Assembly (NCBI GenBank): GCA_023248155.1
Contig: JAHFFE010000005.1
Coordinates: 29,057-93,056 of the forward strand
DNA from: Candidatus Omnitrophota bacterium
GTDB taxonomy: Bacteria > Omnitrophota > Gorgyraeia > 1-14-0-20-64-10
Length of the DNA stretch: 64,000 nt
Reading direction: 5' to 3'
Part shown: positions 8,789 to 18,926 of the stretch, piece by piece
Layout: the number at the start of each line of letters is the position of its first letter
How positions within the stretch are numbered: the stretch's first letter is position 1
Position numbers and translations under genes: made by a program
Notes under the pieces: model-generated
The model's database searches: none
Seen by the model: only the letters and a program-made list of their open reading frames with translations
Told to the model about the DNA's origin: nothing

Positions 8789-10702
8789 ATGTCAAAACTG
8801 ATTGACCAGATTAATTCACCGGCCGATTTACGAAAATTGCGCCAGGATCAGATGCCGCAGGTGGCGCAGGAAATCCGCGAACTGATCGTTGAAAAGGTCT
8901 CCAAGTCCGGCGGGCATTTTGGCGGACCGATGGGCGCGGTGGACCTGGTCGTGGCGATGCATTACGCATTCAATACGCCGGAAGACAAATTGATCTGGGA
9001 TGTCGGTTATCAGGCTTACGCGCATAAAATCCTGACGGGGCGGCGCGACCGTTTTGGAACGCTGCGCCAGTGGCAGGGCATCTCCGGTTTTCCGCATTGC
9101 GAGGAAAGCCCCGAGCACGATATGTTTACGATCGGGCATGGCGGCACCTCTATTTCAACGGCGCTGGGTTTGGCGCGCGCGCGCGACCACCTGAAACAGA
9201 AACAGCAGATCGTCGCGATTATCGGCGATGGATCAATTCCGGAAGGGATGGCGCTCGAGGGTCTTAATCACGCGGGCCATCTCAAAACAAATATGCTGGT
9301 GATTTTGAACGACAACAACATGGCGATCGCACCGGCCGTCGGCGCGTTAACACACGCGTTCAACCGGATGATTGCCGACCCGATGTATAACCGCGTTCGC
9401 CGCGAAGTTCAGAACGCGGTTCAGAAAGTGCCGCGCGTTGGTTTCCGGATGATCCGCATGGCGAAACGGCTTGAAGAGTCGATGAAGAATTTATTGGTGC
9501 CGGGCGTTTTGTTTGAAGAGCTCGGGTTCCGTTATTTTGGACCGATCGACGGGCACAACATCGACGAGATGATCGAAGAGTTCCGCAACTTAAAAGATCT
9601 GCCGGGTCCGAAACTGCTGCATGTGCGCACTGTGAAGGGCAAGGGCTATGCGCATGCCGAGGCGCAGCAGTGGAAGTACCACGGCGTTACGCCGTTTGAT
9701 CCGCAGACCGGCGAAATTTTCAAGAAACCGGCCCCCGAAACGTTCACACAGCGATTCTCCAAAGTAATGGTCCGGCTCGGAAAGTCCGATCCGAAGATCG
9801 TGGCGATCACCGCGGCGATGCCCGATGGCACCGGCTTAGTCGATTTCTCGAAAGAACTGCCGGGACAATTTTATGATGTCGGCATGTGCGAACAGCACGC
9901 GGTTGGCCTGGCGTCCGGATTGGCCAAGGGCGGCATGAAACCGTTTGCCGTAATTTACTCCACATTTTTGCAGCGCGGATATGATCAGGTGATTCATGAC
10001 GCTTGCATTCAGAATCTGCCGGTCATTTTTACGATGGACCGCGCCGGCCTGGTTGGCGACGACGGCATTACGCATCACGGCGTTTTTGATATCGCTTATA
10101 TGCTGCCGCTTCCGCGCATGACTTTTATGGCGGCCAAAGATCTCGATGAACTTGAGGCGATGCTCGACTACTGCGCTCAATTTACCTCAGGCCCGATAGC
10201 GCTCCGTTATCCGCGCGGAACGATGCTGCGGTTTGATCCGGACTTGAAACTGACGCTGCCGGCGAAAACCGCGCCGATTGAACTGGGCAAGGCCGAGATT
10301 TTAGCGCGCGGTTCTGAGCTGGCGATCGTAGCGGTCGGCAGTATGGTTTATCCGGCGCTGGAAGCGGCGGCGCGATTATCCGCGAAAGGAATTTCCACGA
10401 CGGTGGTGAATGCCCGTTTCTTGAAGCCGATCGAGACCGAATTTTACGCGGCGCTGGCCAAAGAGCACCGCGCCATGCTGATTGTCGAGGAAGGGGTTCT
10501 TACCGGCGGTTTTGGCCCGAACTTGATGGCTCAATTATCCGGACAGGTCAACGGCACCGCGATGAACGCCATGGGAATTCCCGACAAGTTTTTTGAACAT
10601 GGCAAGCGCGAGATTTTACTGAATGAAGCGGGGCTGACGACCAATCATATCGAGCAGGCCGCCGAGCAATTACTCGACAGGAAGACGGCGTATGTTAGAT
10701 AG
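8789..10702 (+). CDS. dxs: 1-deoxy-D-xylulose-5-phosphate synthase
   Basis: 637 aa with a TPP-binding 'GDGSIPEGMALEGLNHAG' and a transketolase-like pyrimidine-binding domain and C-terminal domain. It overlaps the next gene by 11 nt. Confidence 0.9.
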   Translation: MSKLIDQINSPADLRKLRQDQMPQVAQEIRELIVEKVSKSGGHFGGPMGAVDLVVAMHYAFNTPEDKLIWDVGYQAYAHKILTGRRDRFGTLRQWQGISGFPHCEESPEHDMFTIGHGGTSISTALGLARARDHLKQKQQIVAIIGDGSIPEGMALEGLNHAGHLKTNMLVILNDNNMAIAPAVGALTHAFNRMIADPMYNRVRREVQNAVQKVPRVGFRMIRMAKRLEESMKNLLVPGVLFEELGFRYFGPIDGHNIDEMIEEFRNLKDLPGPKLLHVRTVKGKGYAHAEAQQWKYHGVTPFDPQTGEIFKKPAPETFTQRFSKVMVRLGKSDPKIVAITAAMPDGTGLVDFSKELPGQFYDVGMCEQHAVGLASGLAKGGMKPFAVIYSTFLQRGYDQVIHDACIQNLPVIFTMDRAGLVGDDGITHHGVFDIAYMLPLPRMTFMAAKDLDELEAMLDYCAQFTSGPIALRYPRGTMLRFDPDLKLTLPAKTAPIELGKAEILARGSELAIVAVGSMVYPALEAAARLSAKGISTTVVNARFLKPIETEFYAALAKEHRAMLIVEEGVLTGGFGPNLMAQLSGQVNGTAMNAMGIPDKFFEHGKREILLNEAGLTTNHIEQAAEQLLDRKTAYVR

Positions 10703-12632
10703 TACCGGCCTTCTTGAAAAAGAAGGTGTTTCTGTTTCTTCCTCTACGCTGAAGACCGCGATCACGCGCGTTACCCGCTTTCTGATGGATCAGCGCAAGC
10801 CGGACGGCCATTGGTGCGGTGAATTGGAAGCCGATACGACGCTGGAATCGGATACTGTCAAGATGTGGCATTTATTGGGCCGCGTCGATGCGGATCGCGA
10901 AAAGCGTTTGGTTGCCACGATTCTGAAACATCAAAATGCCGAGGGCGGCTGGCCGATCTACGCGGAGGGGCCGGCGGAACTGAATGCCACCGTGAAAGCC
11001 TATGTGGCGCTGCGGCTGGCCGGTTTTAATAATTCCGATCCGCGTCTGGTTCTGGCGAAAGAGGCAGTGCTTCGGCTTGGCGGGCTCGAGCGGATCAACA
11101 GTTTTGAAAAAACGTATCTGGCGCTGCTAGGTCTTTATCCGTGGAACCAGGTGCCGGCGCTTCCCGCCGAGATCATCTTTTTACCAAACTGGTTTGCGTT
11201 CAATATTTACGAAGTGGCCTACTGGTCCCGCACGATTTTAGTTCCGCTGATGGTGCTCTATTCGACCCGGCCCAAATGGGTTGAACTTGATTTTTCGGTT
11301 GATGAATTGTGGCAGGATCCTCGCCGCAAACAGGCGAAGATGACCAATTTTCAGAAGGGCGGAGCGGTTTGGCGGGTTTTCTTCCTGTTCTCTGATTGGA
11401 TGCTGCGGTTGCATGAAGCAGTACCGTTTAAACCGCTGCGCAAAGCCGCGCTTCGCCGCACCGATCGCTGGATGACGGACCGGTTGATGGAGACCGACGG
11501 TCTCGGCGCGATTTATCCGGCGATGATCAACGCTGTTTTCGCGCTGAAGGCGCTTGGTTATGGCGATGGCGATCCGGCGCTGGAACAGTCGATTCGTGAA
11601 GTGGAACGGCTTGAGCTGCCGGACGGTTCGGACGGTTTGAAATTACAGCCTTGTTTTTCGCCGGTCTGGGATACGGCGCTGGCGCTTTATATCGTCGGGA
11701 AAACGGCCGGGCGCGATGAAACGGCGTTGGAGCAAACCGCCGAATGGCTTCGGCAGCGTGAAATTCGCAGTTACGGCGACTGGCGCGTCAAGAACCGGAA
11801 GGCGCAGCCGGGCGGATGGGCGTTTGAGTACCGCAATCCTTTTTATCCCGACGTCGATGATTGCGCGCAGGTGTTGTTGGGTTTTCAATCACTCTATGGA
11901 AAAGCGCAGGCCGCTGCGTCGCCGGTGCATCAGCGTTCAATCACATGGATTCTCTCGATGCAGAACGATGACGGCGGGTGGGCCTCATTCGATAAAAATA
12001 ATAATTGTGAAGCGCTGAATCATTTTCCGTTTGCCGATCATAACGCGATGCTTGATCCGTCGTCCTGCGACATCACGGGGCGGATTCTGGAAATGTTTTC
12101 GGGGGCCGGGTTAACGACGCGGCATCCGCAGGTGCGGCGCGCCGTTGATTTTCTGCTGGCGCGTCAGGAGCCGGATGGAACCTGGTTCGGCCGCTGGGGC
12201 GTGAACTATATTTACGGAACCTGGCTGGCGCTGCGCGGACTTAAAAGCATCGGCATTGATTTGAATGAGCCGAGGTATCAGAAAGCGGGACAGTGGATTT
12301 TGAAACATCAGAATGCCGACGGCGGCTGGGGCGAAAGCTGCCGGTCGTACGATGATCCGTCATTAAAAGGGCAGGGTCCCTCGACGGCATCGCAGACGGC
12401 CTGGGCATTAATGGCGCTGATGTCGCTGGGGCTTCAGCAACTTCCGGAATTCCGGAAAGGGACGGACTTTTTGGTACGGACGCAGCAGGCCGATGGGAAC
12501 TGGGATGAATCCTGGTTTACCGGCACCGGCTTTCCGCGCGTTTTTTATCTTAAGTATCACCTATATCGGACTTACTTCCCCCTATTGGCTTTGGTGGAAG
12601 CCCAACAAGAACTCAAGGAGCAAGTAAACTAA
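10692..12632 (+). CDS. shc: Squalene-hopene cyclase
   Basis: 646 aa with multiple QW repeats ('[10 protein letters not shown]', '[10 protein letters not shown]', '[10 protein letters not shown]') and the catalytic 'DVDDCAQV' (DxDD) motif. Confidence 0.9.
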   Translation: MLDSTGLLEKEGVSVSSSTLKTAITRVTRFLMDQRKPDGHWCGELEADTTLESDTVKMWHLLGRVDADREKRLVATILKHQNAEGGWPIYAEGPAELNATVKAYVALRLAGFNNSDPRLVLAKEAVLRLGGLERINSFEKTYLALLGLYPWNQVPALPAEIIFLPNWFAFNIYEVAYWSRTILVPLMVLYSTRPKWVELDFSVDELWQDPRRKQAKMTNFQKGGAVWRVFFLFSDWMLRLHEAVPFKPLRKAALRRTDRWMTDRLMETDGLGAIYPAMINAVFALKALGYGDGDPALEQSIREVERLELPDGSDGLKLQPCFSPVWDTALALYIVGKTAGRDETALEQTAEWLRQREIRSYGDWRVKNRKAQPGGWAFEYRNPFYPDVDDCAQVLLGFQSLYGKAQAAASPVHQRSITWILSMQNDDGGWASFDKNNNCEALNHFPFADHNAMLDPSSCDITGRILEMFSGAGLTTRHPQVRRAVDFLLARQEPDGTWFGRWGVNYIYGTWLALRGLKSIGIDLNEPRYQKAGQWILKHQNADGGWGESCRSYDDPSLKGQGPSTASQTAWALMALMSLGLQQLPEFRKGTDFLVRTQQADGNWDESWFTGTGFPRVFYLKYHLYRTYFPLLALVEAQQELKEQVN

Positions 12633-13756
12633 TGGCAATCGCATGGAGACAGGGATTATCGGTGGGCAGCTACATCTTCGGCCAGAAGCTGAAGGGCGTT
12701 GAAAAATTTCCATTGGTGTTAATGCTGGAGCCGTTGTTCCGGTGCAACCTCGAGTGCGCCGGCTGCGGAAAGATCCAGTACCCGGAAGATATTTTGAAGA
12801 AGCGGCTTTCGGCTCAGGAATGTGAAGATGCCGCCATGGAGTGCGGCGCGCCGATCGTTTCAATCGCCGGAGGGGAACCGCTGATCCACCCGGAGATGCC
12901 GGAGATCGTCGAGCGGCTCGTCAAGCGCAAGAAATTTGTTTATCTCTGCACGAACGCGGTTCTGCTCGCGCGCGAAATGAAGAAATACAAACCGTCGCCG
13001 TATTTCCGGTTCAGCATCCACCTCGACGGGCTGGAAGCGACGCATGACAAGTCGGTCTGCCGTAAAGGTGTCTTTAATCAGGCGATCGAAGGAATCAAGG
13101 CGGCGAAGGCGGCCGGGTTCACCGTTTCCACGAACACCACCATCTTCCTCGGCGCCGATCCCGGCGAATTCCGCCGGATGTTCGATCATTTGATGGATCT
13201 CGGCGTTGACGGCATGATGATTTCGCCCGGCTATCCGTACGAGAAAGCGCCGGACCAGCAGCATTTTCTGCAGCGCGAGCAGACGAAAGCGCTGTTCCGC
13301 CAGATTCTCGACAATGCCGATCCGCGCTGGCGCTTCAATCACTCCACGTTCTTCCTGGAGTTTTTGCAGGGTGAGCATGATTACCAGTGCACGGCTTGGG
13401 GCAACCCGACGCGCAATGTATTCGGATGGCAGAAGCCGTGTTATCTGATGAGCGACGGGTATGTCAAAACATTCAAAGAGTTGATGGAAGATACCAAGTG
13501 GGAAAATTACGGCACCGGCCGCGATCCGCGCTGTGCCGACTGCATGGTGCATTGCGGTTATGAAGCGACAGCCGTGATGGACGCGACCGCATCGGTGAAG
13601 AACATCATGCATACGATCCGGCCGTTTGGCTCAACGCGTTCCAAGGCGCCGGTCAGCTCCACCGAGGTTCCTCCTCCGCCGGCCCATTCTTCGTCGTCGG
13701 GACCGGTTCCGAATGTGACGCTGGAGTTTCAGCAGAAAAAGTCTTCGTCGGAATGA
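12632..13756 (+). CDS. hpnH: Hopanoid-associated radical SAM protein (adenosylhopane-forming HpnH-like)
   Basis: It has a '[10 protein letters not shown]' CxxxCxxC radical-SAM motif, and the start codon overlaps the shc stop ('taATGg'). The position directly after shc matches hopanoid clusters. Confidence 0.8.
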   Translation: MAIAWRQGLSVGSYIFGQKLKGVEKFPLVLMLEPLFRCNLECAGCGKIQYPEDILKKRLSAQECEDAAMECGAPIVSIAGGEPLIHPEMPEIVERLVKRKKFVYLCTNAVLLAREMKKYKPSPYFRFSIHLDGLEATHDKSVCRKGVFNQAIEGIKAAKAAGFTVSTNTTIFLGADPGEFRRMFDHLMDLGVDGMMISPGYPYEKAPDQQHFLQREQTKALFRQILDNADPRWRFNHSTFFLEFLQGEHDYQCTAWGNPTRNVFGWQKPCYLMSDGYVKTFKELMEDTKWENYGTGRDPRCADCMVHCGYEATAVMDATASVKNIMHTIRPFGSTRSKAPVSSTEVPPPPAHSSSSGPVPNVTLEFQQKKSSSE

Positions 13757-14259
13757 CGAAAACATCCGCCAATCCTGGATTGTCTCAGGATTGTCTTGAC
13801 GCGCTGCGGGCACAGCGGTTTAATTTCTTTTCCGGCGTGGCCGATTCGACACTGGCCTCGCTGATTGAACTGCTCTCGAACGATCCGCTCGGGTATGTTC
13901 CGGCGGCCCGTGAAGATCTGGCCATCGGAATGGCTTCCGGCGCTCATCTGGCCGGCCGCCGCGCCTGTGTGCTGATGCAGAATTCCGGCATCGGCTATTG
14001 CCTGAACGCGCTGACCTCGCTGAATATGATTTATAAAATTCCGCTGCTGCTGATTGTCGGTTACCGCGGTTACGAGGGCAAGGATGCCCCGGAACATTGG
14101 GTGATGGGCAAGCACTGCACGGCGCTGCTCGAGGAAATTGGCGTTAAGACGCTGGTTCCCGAGGCGGCCGATCTGCCGCGCGCGATCGAACAGGCTGCCG
14201 GTTGGATGAGCGGCAGTCAGCTTCCTGTGGCCGTTTTTGTGCGGCCGGGGATGCTCTAA
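13753..14259 (+). CDS. Phosphonopyruvate/sulfopyruvate decarboxylase-like TPP enzyme, alpha (N-terminal, pyrimidine-binding) subunit
   Basis: 168 aa. '[18 protein letters not shown]' and '[16 protein letters not shown]' match the TPP_enzyme_N fold of ComD/Ppd-type split decarboxylases. Confidence 0.6.
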   Translation: MTKTSANPGLSQDCLDALRAQRFNFFSGVADSTLASLIELLSNDPLGYVPAAREDLAIGMASGAHLAGRRACVLMQNSGIGYCLNALTSLNMIYKIPLLLIVGYRGYEGKDAPEHWVMGKHCTALLEEIGVKTLVPEAADLPRAIEQAAGWMSGSQLPVAVFVRPGML

Positions 14260-14261
14260 TC

Positions 14262-14846
14262 ATGGTTCTTACTACACGGCAGGCGATTTTCGCAGTGGCG
14301 CGCCAGCTTACGAATCACGAGCGGGTAGTTTCCACTACCGGATATATTTGCCGCGATACGCATGCGGCCGGTGATCGTCCCGAAAATTTTTATATGATTG
14401 GATCGATGGGCATTGCGTCATCGACCGCGATGGGCATCGCGCTGGCTCAGCCGGGGGAAACCGTGGTGGTCTTCGACGGTGACGGCGCGGCGCTGATGGG
14501 CTTGGGCGCACTGCCGGCGATCGCGTCGGTAGCCCCTGAAAATCTGATCCATGTAGTCTTTGATAACGAAGCGTATGCATCGACAGGCCGTCAGCCGACC
14601 TATTCATCGTCGGTTGATTTGGCGGCATTGGCCCAGGCGGCCGGCTACCGGGTTGTCCGCAAGGTAGACACGGAAGCGGCATTGCTGAGCGCCTGGCAGG
14701 AAATTCGAAAACAGCGGGGACCGGTCTTTTTACTGGTGAAATGCGTTCCGGACGAGGGCGCCCCGATGGAACGGGTGGGGTTGGAGCCGGAAGCGATCAC
14801 AGCACGATTTATGGAGGCTATTCATGGTACGAATGAAAGATTCTAG
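14262..14846 (+). CDS. Phosphonopyruvate/sulfopyruvate decarboxylase-like TPP enzyme, beta (C-terminal, PP-binding) subunit
   Basis: It has the TPP-binding 'VVVFDGDGAALMGLGALP...N' motif. The start is placed at the ATG at 14262, which immediately follows the alpha-subunit stop; the tracked ORF starts at 14202. Confidence 0.65.
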   Translation: MVLTTRQAIFAVARQLTNHERVVSTTGYICRDTHAAGDRPENFYMIGSMGIASSTAMGIALAQPGETVVVFDGDGAALMGLGALPAIASVAPENLIHVVFDNEAYASTGRQPTYSSSVDLAALAQAAGYRVVRKVDTEAALLSAWQEIRKQRGPVFLLVKCVPDEGAPMERVGLEPEAITARFMEAIHGTNERF

Positions 14847-16137
14847 TCGGCGGGCGATCAAGCGGCGAATGAAACGCAGACGGTTCAAGCGGATCTCGAT
14901 TCAGCTCAAGCCATCGATGCGCGGTTCTGCCGGTAGAGGTTCTTACGCCAAGGGTTCGTCTTATTCGAAGAGTTCTTACGGCAAGTTTAAGGAACCGGTG
15001 GTTGCTCCGGTTCCGGTACCGGAACCGGTCGTGGCTCCTGTGCGCGCCGCGCCGCGCCGGCAAATTCTTTTATGCCCGGGTCCGGTCAATCTGACGCCGC
15101 ATGTGAAATCGGCGCTGGCAGGTCCGGATATCTGCCACCGCGAGAAAGAATTTTCATCGCTGCTGCAGTCGACACGCCTGAAATTGGTCCACGCGTTGGG
15201 CCTCGGTGACCGCTACACGGCCTGCCTCATTAACGGGTCAGGGACGGCGGCGCTTGAATCGGCCATCATGAGCTGTGTTGAGCCCGGCAAGAAATTGTTG
15301 GTGGTCAATAACGGCGTCTACGGATCGCGGCTGGCCCAGTTGGCGCGGCTTTACCAGATTCCGTTGCTGGAAGTCCGTTCTCCGCTGACGGAAACACCCG
15401 ATCTTTCGCGCGTGGCCGCTGTTTTGAAGCGTGAATCGTCGATCGGTACCGTGGCCGTCGTGCATCATGAAACATCGACCGGCATGCTGAACCCGGTTGA
15501 AGAGATCGGCGTTCTGGCCAAGAAGTATCGCAAGCGGTTTCTGGTCGACGCGATCAGCAGTTTGGGCGCCGAGAAACTTGATTTTACGAAAGCGCATATC
15601 GGTTTCTGCGTCGGTTCCGCCGGAAAAGCACTGCACGGTGCGCCCGGCCTTTCGTTCGTGCTGTTGTCGCAGGAAGAAGCGGCGCGTGTTGTGAAACTGA
15701 AACCGCGCGCGCTTTATCTGAACCTGGGAATTCAGCTGCGCGCCCAGGAATCGGGTGAGCCGTTGTTTACGCCGGCCGTTCCGCTTTATATGGCGTTTCA
15801 CGCGGCGCTCGAGGAATTAATCCGTGAAGGGATCAAGGGCCGCATCGTCAAATATCAGCAGCGGTCGGTCTTTCTGCGCCAGGGCTTCAAGAAGCTCGGT
15901 TTGAAATTCCTGCTCGATGAAAAACAGATGTGCCATTCATTGACGGCGATGTGGATGCCGGCTGGCAGATCGTACGACGCGGTTCACAACGCGCTGCGCA
16001 AGCAGGGGTTTGTGATTTACGCGGGTCAGAGCGAGCTGAAAGGTAAAATTCTCCGGATCGCCCATATGGGCCAGTTGTTCCAGGGTGATTTGGCGGAATT
16101 ACTCAAAGCGATGAAGGCGGTCTTAGCCGAATCGTAA
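14824..16137 (+). CDS. Class-V (AGXT/PhnW-like) pyridoxal-phosphate aminotransferase. The start is uncertain, because the first ~75 codons are basic and low-complexity.
   Basis: 'ILLCPGPVNLTPHVKSALAG' resembles the 'LLTPGP' N-terminus of 2-aminoethylphosphonate:pyruvate and serine-pyruvate aminotransferases. In-frame GTG codons at 15031 and 15040 and an ATG at 14917 are alternative starts. Confidence 0.7.
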   Translation: MVRMKDSSRRAIKRRMKRRRFKRISIQLKPSMRGSAGRGSYAKGSSYSKSSYGKFKEPVVAPVPVPEPVVAPVRAAPRRQILLCPGPVNLTPHVKSALAGPDICHREKEFSSLLQSTRLKLVHALGLGDRYTACLINGSGTAALESAIMSCVEPGKKLLVVNNGVYGSRLAQLARLYQIPLLEVRSPLTETPDLSRVAAVLKRESSIGTVAVVHHETSTGMLNPVEEIGVLAKKYRKRFLVDAISSLGAEKLDFTKAHIGFCVGSAGKALHGAPGLSFVLLSQEEAARVVKLKPRALYLNLGIQLRAQESGEPLFTPAVPLYMAFHAALEELIREGIKGRIVKYQQRSVFLRQGFKKLGLKFLLDEKQMCHSLTAMWMPAGRSYDAVHNALRKQGFVIYAGQSELKGKILRIAHMGQLFQGDLAELLKAMKAVLAES

Positions 16138-16139
16138 AC

Positions 16140-17126
16140 GTGCCGCCATCTTCATTGGGGTGGAGTCGTCCATGGATGCGCTGGGTCGGGTTAGTTATCG
16201 GCCTGGCGCTCTTTGCCTGTGTTCTGGCTGCTTCCGATTTACGCGGTGTTGGCACGCTGCTACTTGAATTCCGCTGGCGGTTCTTCCTGGTTTTCCTCTT
16301 TTATGCCTTTATTTTCGCGCTCGATACCTGGGGATGGAAATACGCGTTTCATCCGGATCAGCAGCGGAAAGTTTCCTGGTCCCAATTATTCCGTGTCCGG
16401 CTGGCCGGTGAGTCGATCAATTATGTGACGCCGGGGGCTTCCATCGGCGGGGAACCGGTCAAAGCGGTGATTCTTTCGAAACGGTACGGAATTCCGATGC
16501 CGGAAGGGATGGCCTCGGTAGTGGTGGCCAAAACGACGCTGGCTTTCAGCATGCTCTTTTTCTCGCTGACGGGTATTGTTTTGGCTTTGTTTTTGTATCC
16601 GCTTCCCGGTTTGCTCAAACGATGGCTCCTCGGTGTGATGCTGGCGCTTAGCGGCATGATGGTGCTGTTTGTTTTGGCGCAATTTCTCAAGCCGTTTCAG
16701 CGAGGCAGCCGGTTTTTTTCCTGGATTCATCCGCGCTGGTTCGCTTCATTGCAGGAAAAAATGCAGTTGTGGGACGGAGCGATTCTCCGTTTTTATCGTC
16801 AATCGCCAGCCAGTATTATCCGGTCGTTTCTATTTCATTTTCTGGGATGGCTCGCCGGCGCGGCCGAGGTTTTTCTGATTTTTAAGTTGCTGCACTTGCC
16901 GATTTCCATTCCAGCCGCTTTTTGCCTCGAAGCGCTCTGGGTTCTGTTGCGCAGCGGCGCGTTTATGATTCCGGCTTCGCTGGGAGCCAGTGAAGGGTTC
17001 ATGATATTGGTTTGCACGGGGCTGGGCATTTCTTCGGTGATCGGGTTGACGGTGGGATTGATCCGGCGTGTTCGTGAAATGGTCTGGATGGGTCTCGGTT
17101 TATTGGAATTCTCACGCGATGGCTGA
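16140..17126 (+). CDS. Polytopic membrane protein of the lysyl-PG-synthase-TM/UPF0104 family (HpnL-like)
   Basis: 328 aa with about 8 predicted TM helices. It sits in a hopanoid-cluster context immediately upstream of hpnA, and its stop overlaps the hpnA start ('ATGGCTGA'). Confidence 0.55.
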   Translation: MPPSSLGWSRPWMRWVGLVIGLALFACVLAASDLRGVGTLLLEFRWRFFLVFLFYAFIFALDTWGWKYAFHPDQQRKVSWSQLFRVRLAGESINYVTPGASIGGEPVKAVILSKRYGIPMPEGMASVVVAKTTLAFSMLFFSLTGIVLALFLYPLPGLLKRWLLGVMLALSGMMVLFVLAQFLKPFQRGSRFFSWIHPRWFASLQEKMQLWDGAILRFYRQSPASIIRSFLFHFLGWLAGAAEVFLIFKLLHLPISIPAAFCLEALWVLLRSGAFMIPASLGASEGFMILVCTGLGISSVIGLTVGLIRRVREMVWMGLGLLEFSRDG

Positions 17127-18117
17127 TAAACAAGCGGTTTTTATAACAGGGGCCACCGGTTTCGTGGGCGGGCATCTGGCGGCCCAGTTGGTCCGGCGCG
17201 GAGAAAAGGTGCGCGTCTTGTGCCGCAAGAACAGTTCGTTGAGAAATCTTGAGGGGCTTGCAGTCGAGCCGGTTTATGGCGACTTGCAGGACCAGGAATC
17301 GCTGGTCCAGGGAATGCAGGGCTGCCGCCAGGTTTATCATGTCGCGGCCGATTACCGGCTTTGGTCACCCGATCCGTCCGAACTTTATTTGAATAATTTA
17401 ATCGGCACGCGCAACATACTGCAGGCGGCCCGCCGTACCAAAATCCAGAGGATGGTCTACACATCGACGGTGGGGGCGCTTGGATTTACCTCGAATGGAA
17501 CTCCGGCCGATGAAGAAACGCCTGTTTCTCTGTCCGATATGATCGGCCATTACAAGCGGTCCAAATTTATGGCCGAAGTGGAAGTCCAGGCTGCGGCCGC
17601 CGGCGGGTTTCCGGTCGTGATTGTTAATCCGTCAACGCCGGTAGGATCGGGTGACTTGAAACCGACGCCGACCGGACAGATCATTGTTCAGTTTTTAAAC
17701 GGCAAGATGCCGGCCTATATGGATACCGGCCTGAACCTGGTGGATGTGGAGGATGTGGCGCAGGGCCATCTGTCGGCGATGGAAAAAGGCAAGGTTGGTG
17801 AGCGGTATATTTTAGGCAATCGTAATTTGACGCTGCACCAGATTCTAGAAATTTTGTCACAGATCAGCGGGCGGCCCGTTCCAAAGGTGAAGCTTCCATG
17901 GGTGGGCGCCATGGGTATCGCCGCGGTTTGTACCGGTGTGAGTTCCGTTACGAAACAAACGCCGCTGGTTTCTCTCGAGGCGGCCCGGATGTCGCGCAAG
18001 AAAATGTTCTTTAGTCAGGCCAAGGCCGTGCGTGATCTTGATTTGCCGCAGACACCGGTGGAAAAGGCGTTGGAAAAAGCGGTGCGCTGGTTTCGCGATA
18101 ACGGCTACGCCAAATGA
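17119..18117 (+). CDS. hpnA: NAD-dependent epimerase/dehydratase, hopanoid-associated sugar epimerase HpnA-like
   Basis: It has a Rossmann 'ITGATGFVGGHLA' motif and a YxxxK-type SDR fold. The start is placed at the internal ATG at 17119 (the tracked ORF starts at 17068). Confidence 0.75.
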   Translation: MADKQAVFITGATGFVGGHLAAQLVRRGEKVRVLCRKNSSLRNLEGLAVEPVYGDLQDQESLVQGMQGCRQVYHVAADYRLWSPDPSELYLNNLIGTRNILQAARRTKIQRMVYTSTVGALGFTSNGTPADEETPVSLSDMIGHYKRSKFMAEVEVQAAAAGGFPVVIVNPSTPVGSGDLKPTPTGQIIVQFLNGKMPAYMDTGLNLVDVEDVAQGHLSAMEKGKVGERYILGNRNLTLHQILEILSQISGRPVPKVKLPWVGAMGIAAVCTGVSSVTKQTPLVSLEAARMSRKKMFFSQAKAVRDLDLPQTPVEKALEKAVRWFRDNGYAK

Positions 18118-18289
18118 TAACTAGGGGTGCCGGGCATGGGGACCGTGGACACGCTCGGAATCGACTACCGATTCCGTCGCTCTGTCTGCGGCCTTGCCGA
18201 AGAACATTTGGATTTGGCCTCCGCCAAGGTCCACTTGCCCCATATCCCGGCCCGCCTCTTCGCTTTTATTCTCAGGCATGGGTATCTGA

Positions 18290-18910
18290 TTGACCGCCGA
18301 TCCCATTTTGATTGTTGCGGCGGTTTCTCAGGAAATGCGCGGGTTTCGTCCATCGGATGGAGTTCGTATATTAGTAACCGGGATGGGCCGTGCGCGCGCC
18401 AAAAGCCGGTTGGAATCGTATTTGCGCGGAACAGCCGTTTCCCGGATACTCTCCGTCGGGTTTTGCGGCGGGCTGGATCCATTACTAAAGGCGGGTCAGC
18501 CGGTTTGGGTCGAGAGCGTTGTAGGGCCGGGCGGGGCCCGTAGACAGGCAGCGGCCTGGAGCGGTAAAATAAACGGGTCTCTGCCGGGAACCACTCTGCT
18601 GACGGTCGACCGTCCTGTCCGAACCGCTTTGGAGAAAACCGCGTTGCGTACGCAGTTTGGCGCCGGTATCGTCGACATGGAAACAGCCGCGATAGCTGAA
18701 GTCGCAGCCGATCAGGGTATTCCCTGGAACGGGCTGCGCGTCATTCTGGATCCGGCAGCCCAGCCGCTGGAATTTGACTCCGCGCGCGCCGCGCTGTGGG
18801 CGCTGCGCCATCCATCGGGCTGGAAACGGTTAATCAATTTTTTGGAGCAATTGCAGGCTGCCGGCGATACGCTGGCCAAACATTTAAACAATATTACGGG
18901 ACCGTCTTAA
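18290..18910 (+). CDS. hpnG: PNP/MTA-nucleosidase-family phosphorylase (HpnG-like adenosylhopane nucleosidase)
   Basis: 'IVDMETAAIAEVAADQGIPWNGLRVILD' matches the conserved DME(S/T)AA...ISD core of the PNP_UDP_1 family, and the gene sits in hopanoid context. Confidence 0.6.
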   Translation: MTADPILIVAAVSQEMRGFRPSDGVRILVTGMGRARAKSRLESYLRGTAVSRILSVGFCGGLDPLLKAGQPVWVESVVGPGGARRQAAAWSGKINGSLPGTTLLTVDRPVRTALEKTALRTQFGAGIVDMETAAIAEVAADQGIPWNGLRVILDPAAQPLEFDSARAALWALRHPSGWKRLINFLEQLQAAGDTLAKHLNNITGPS

Positions 18911-18926
18911 ACAAGGAGAACCTCAG

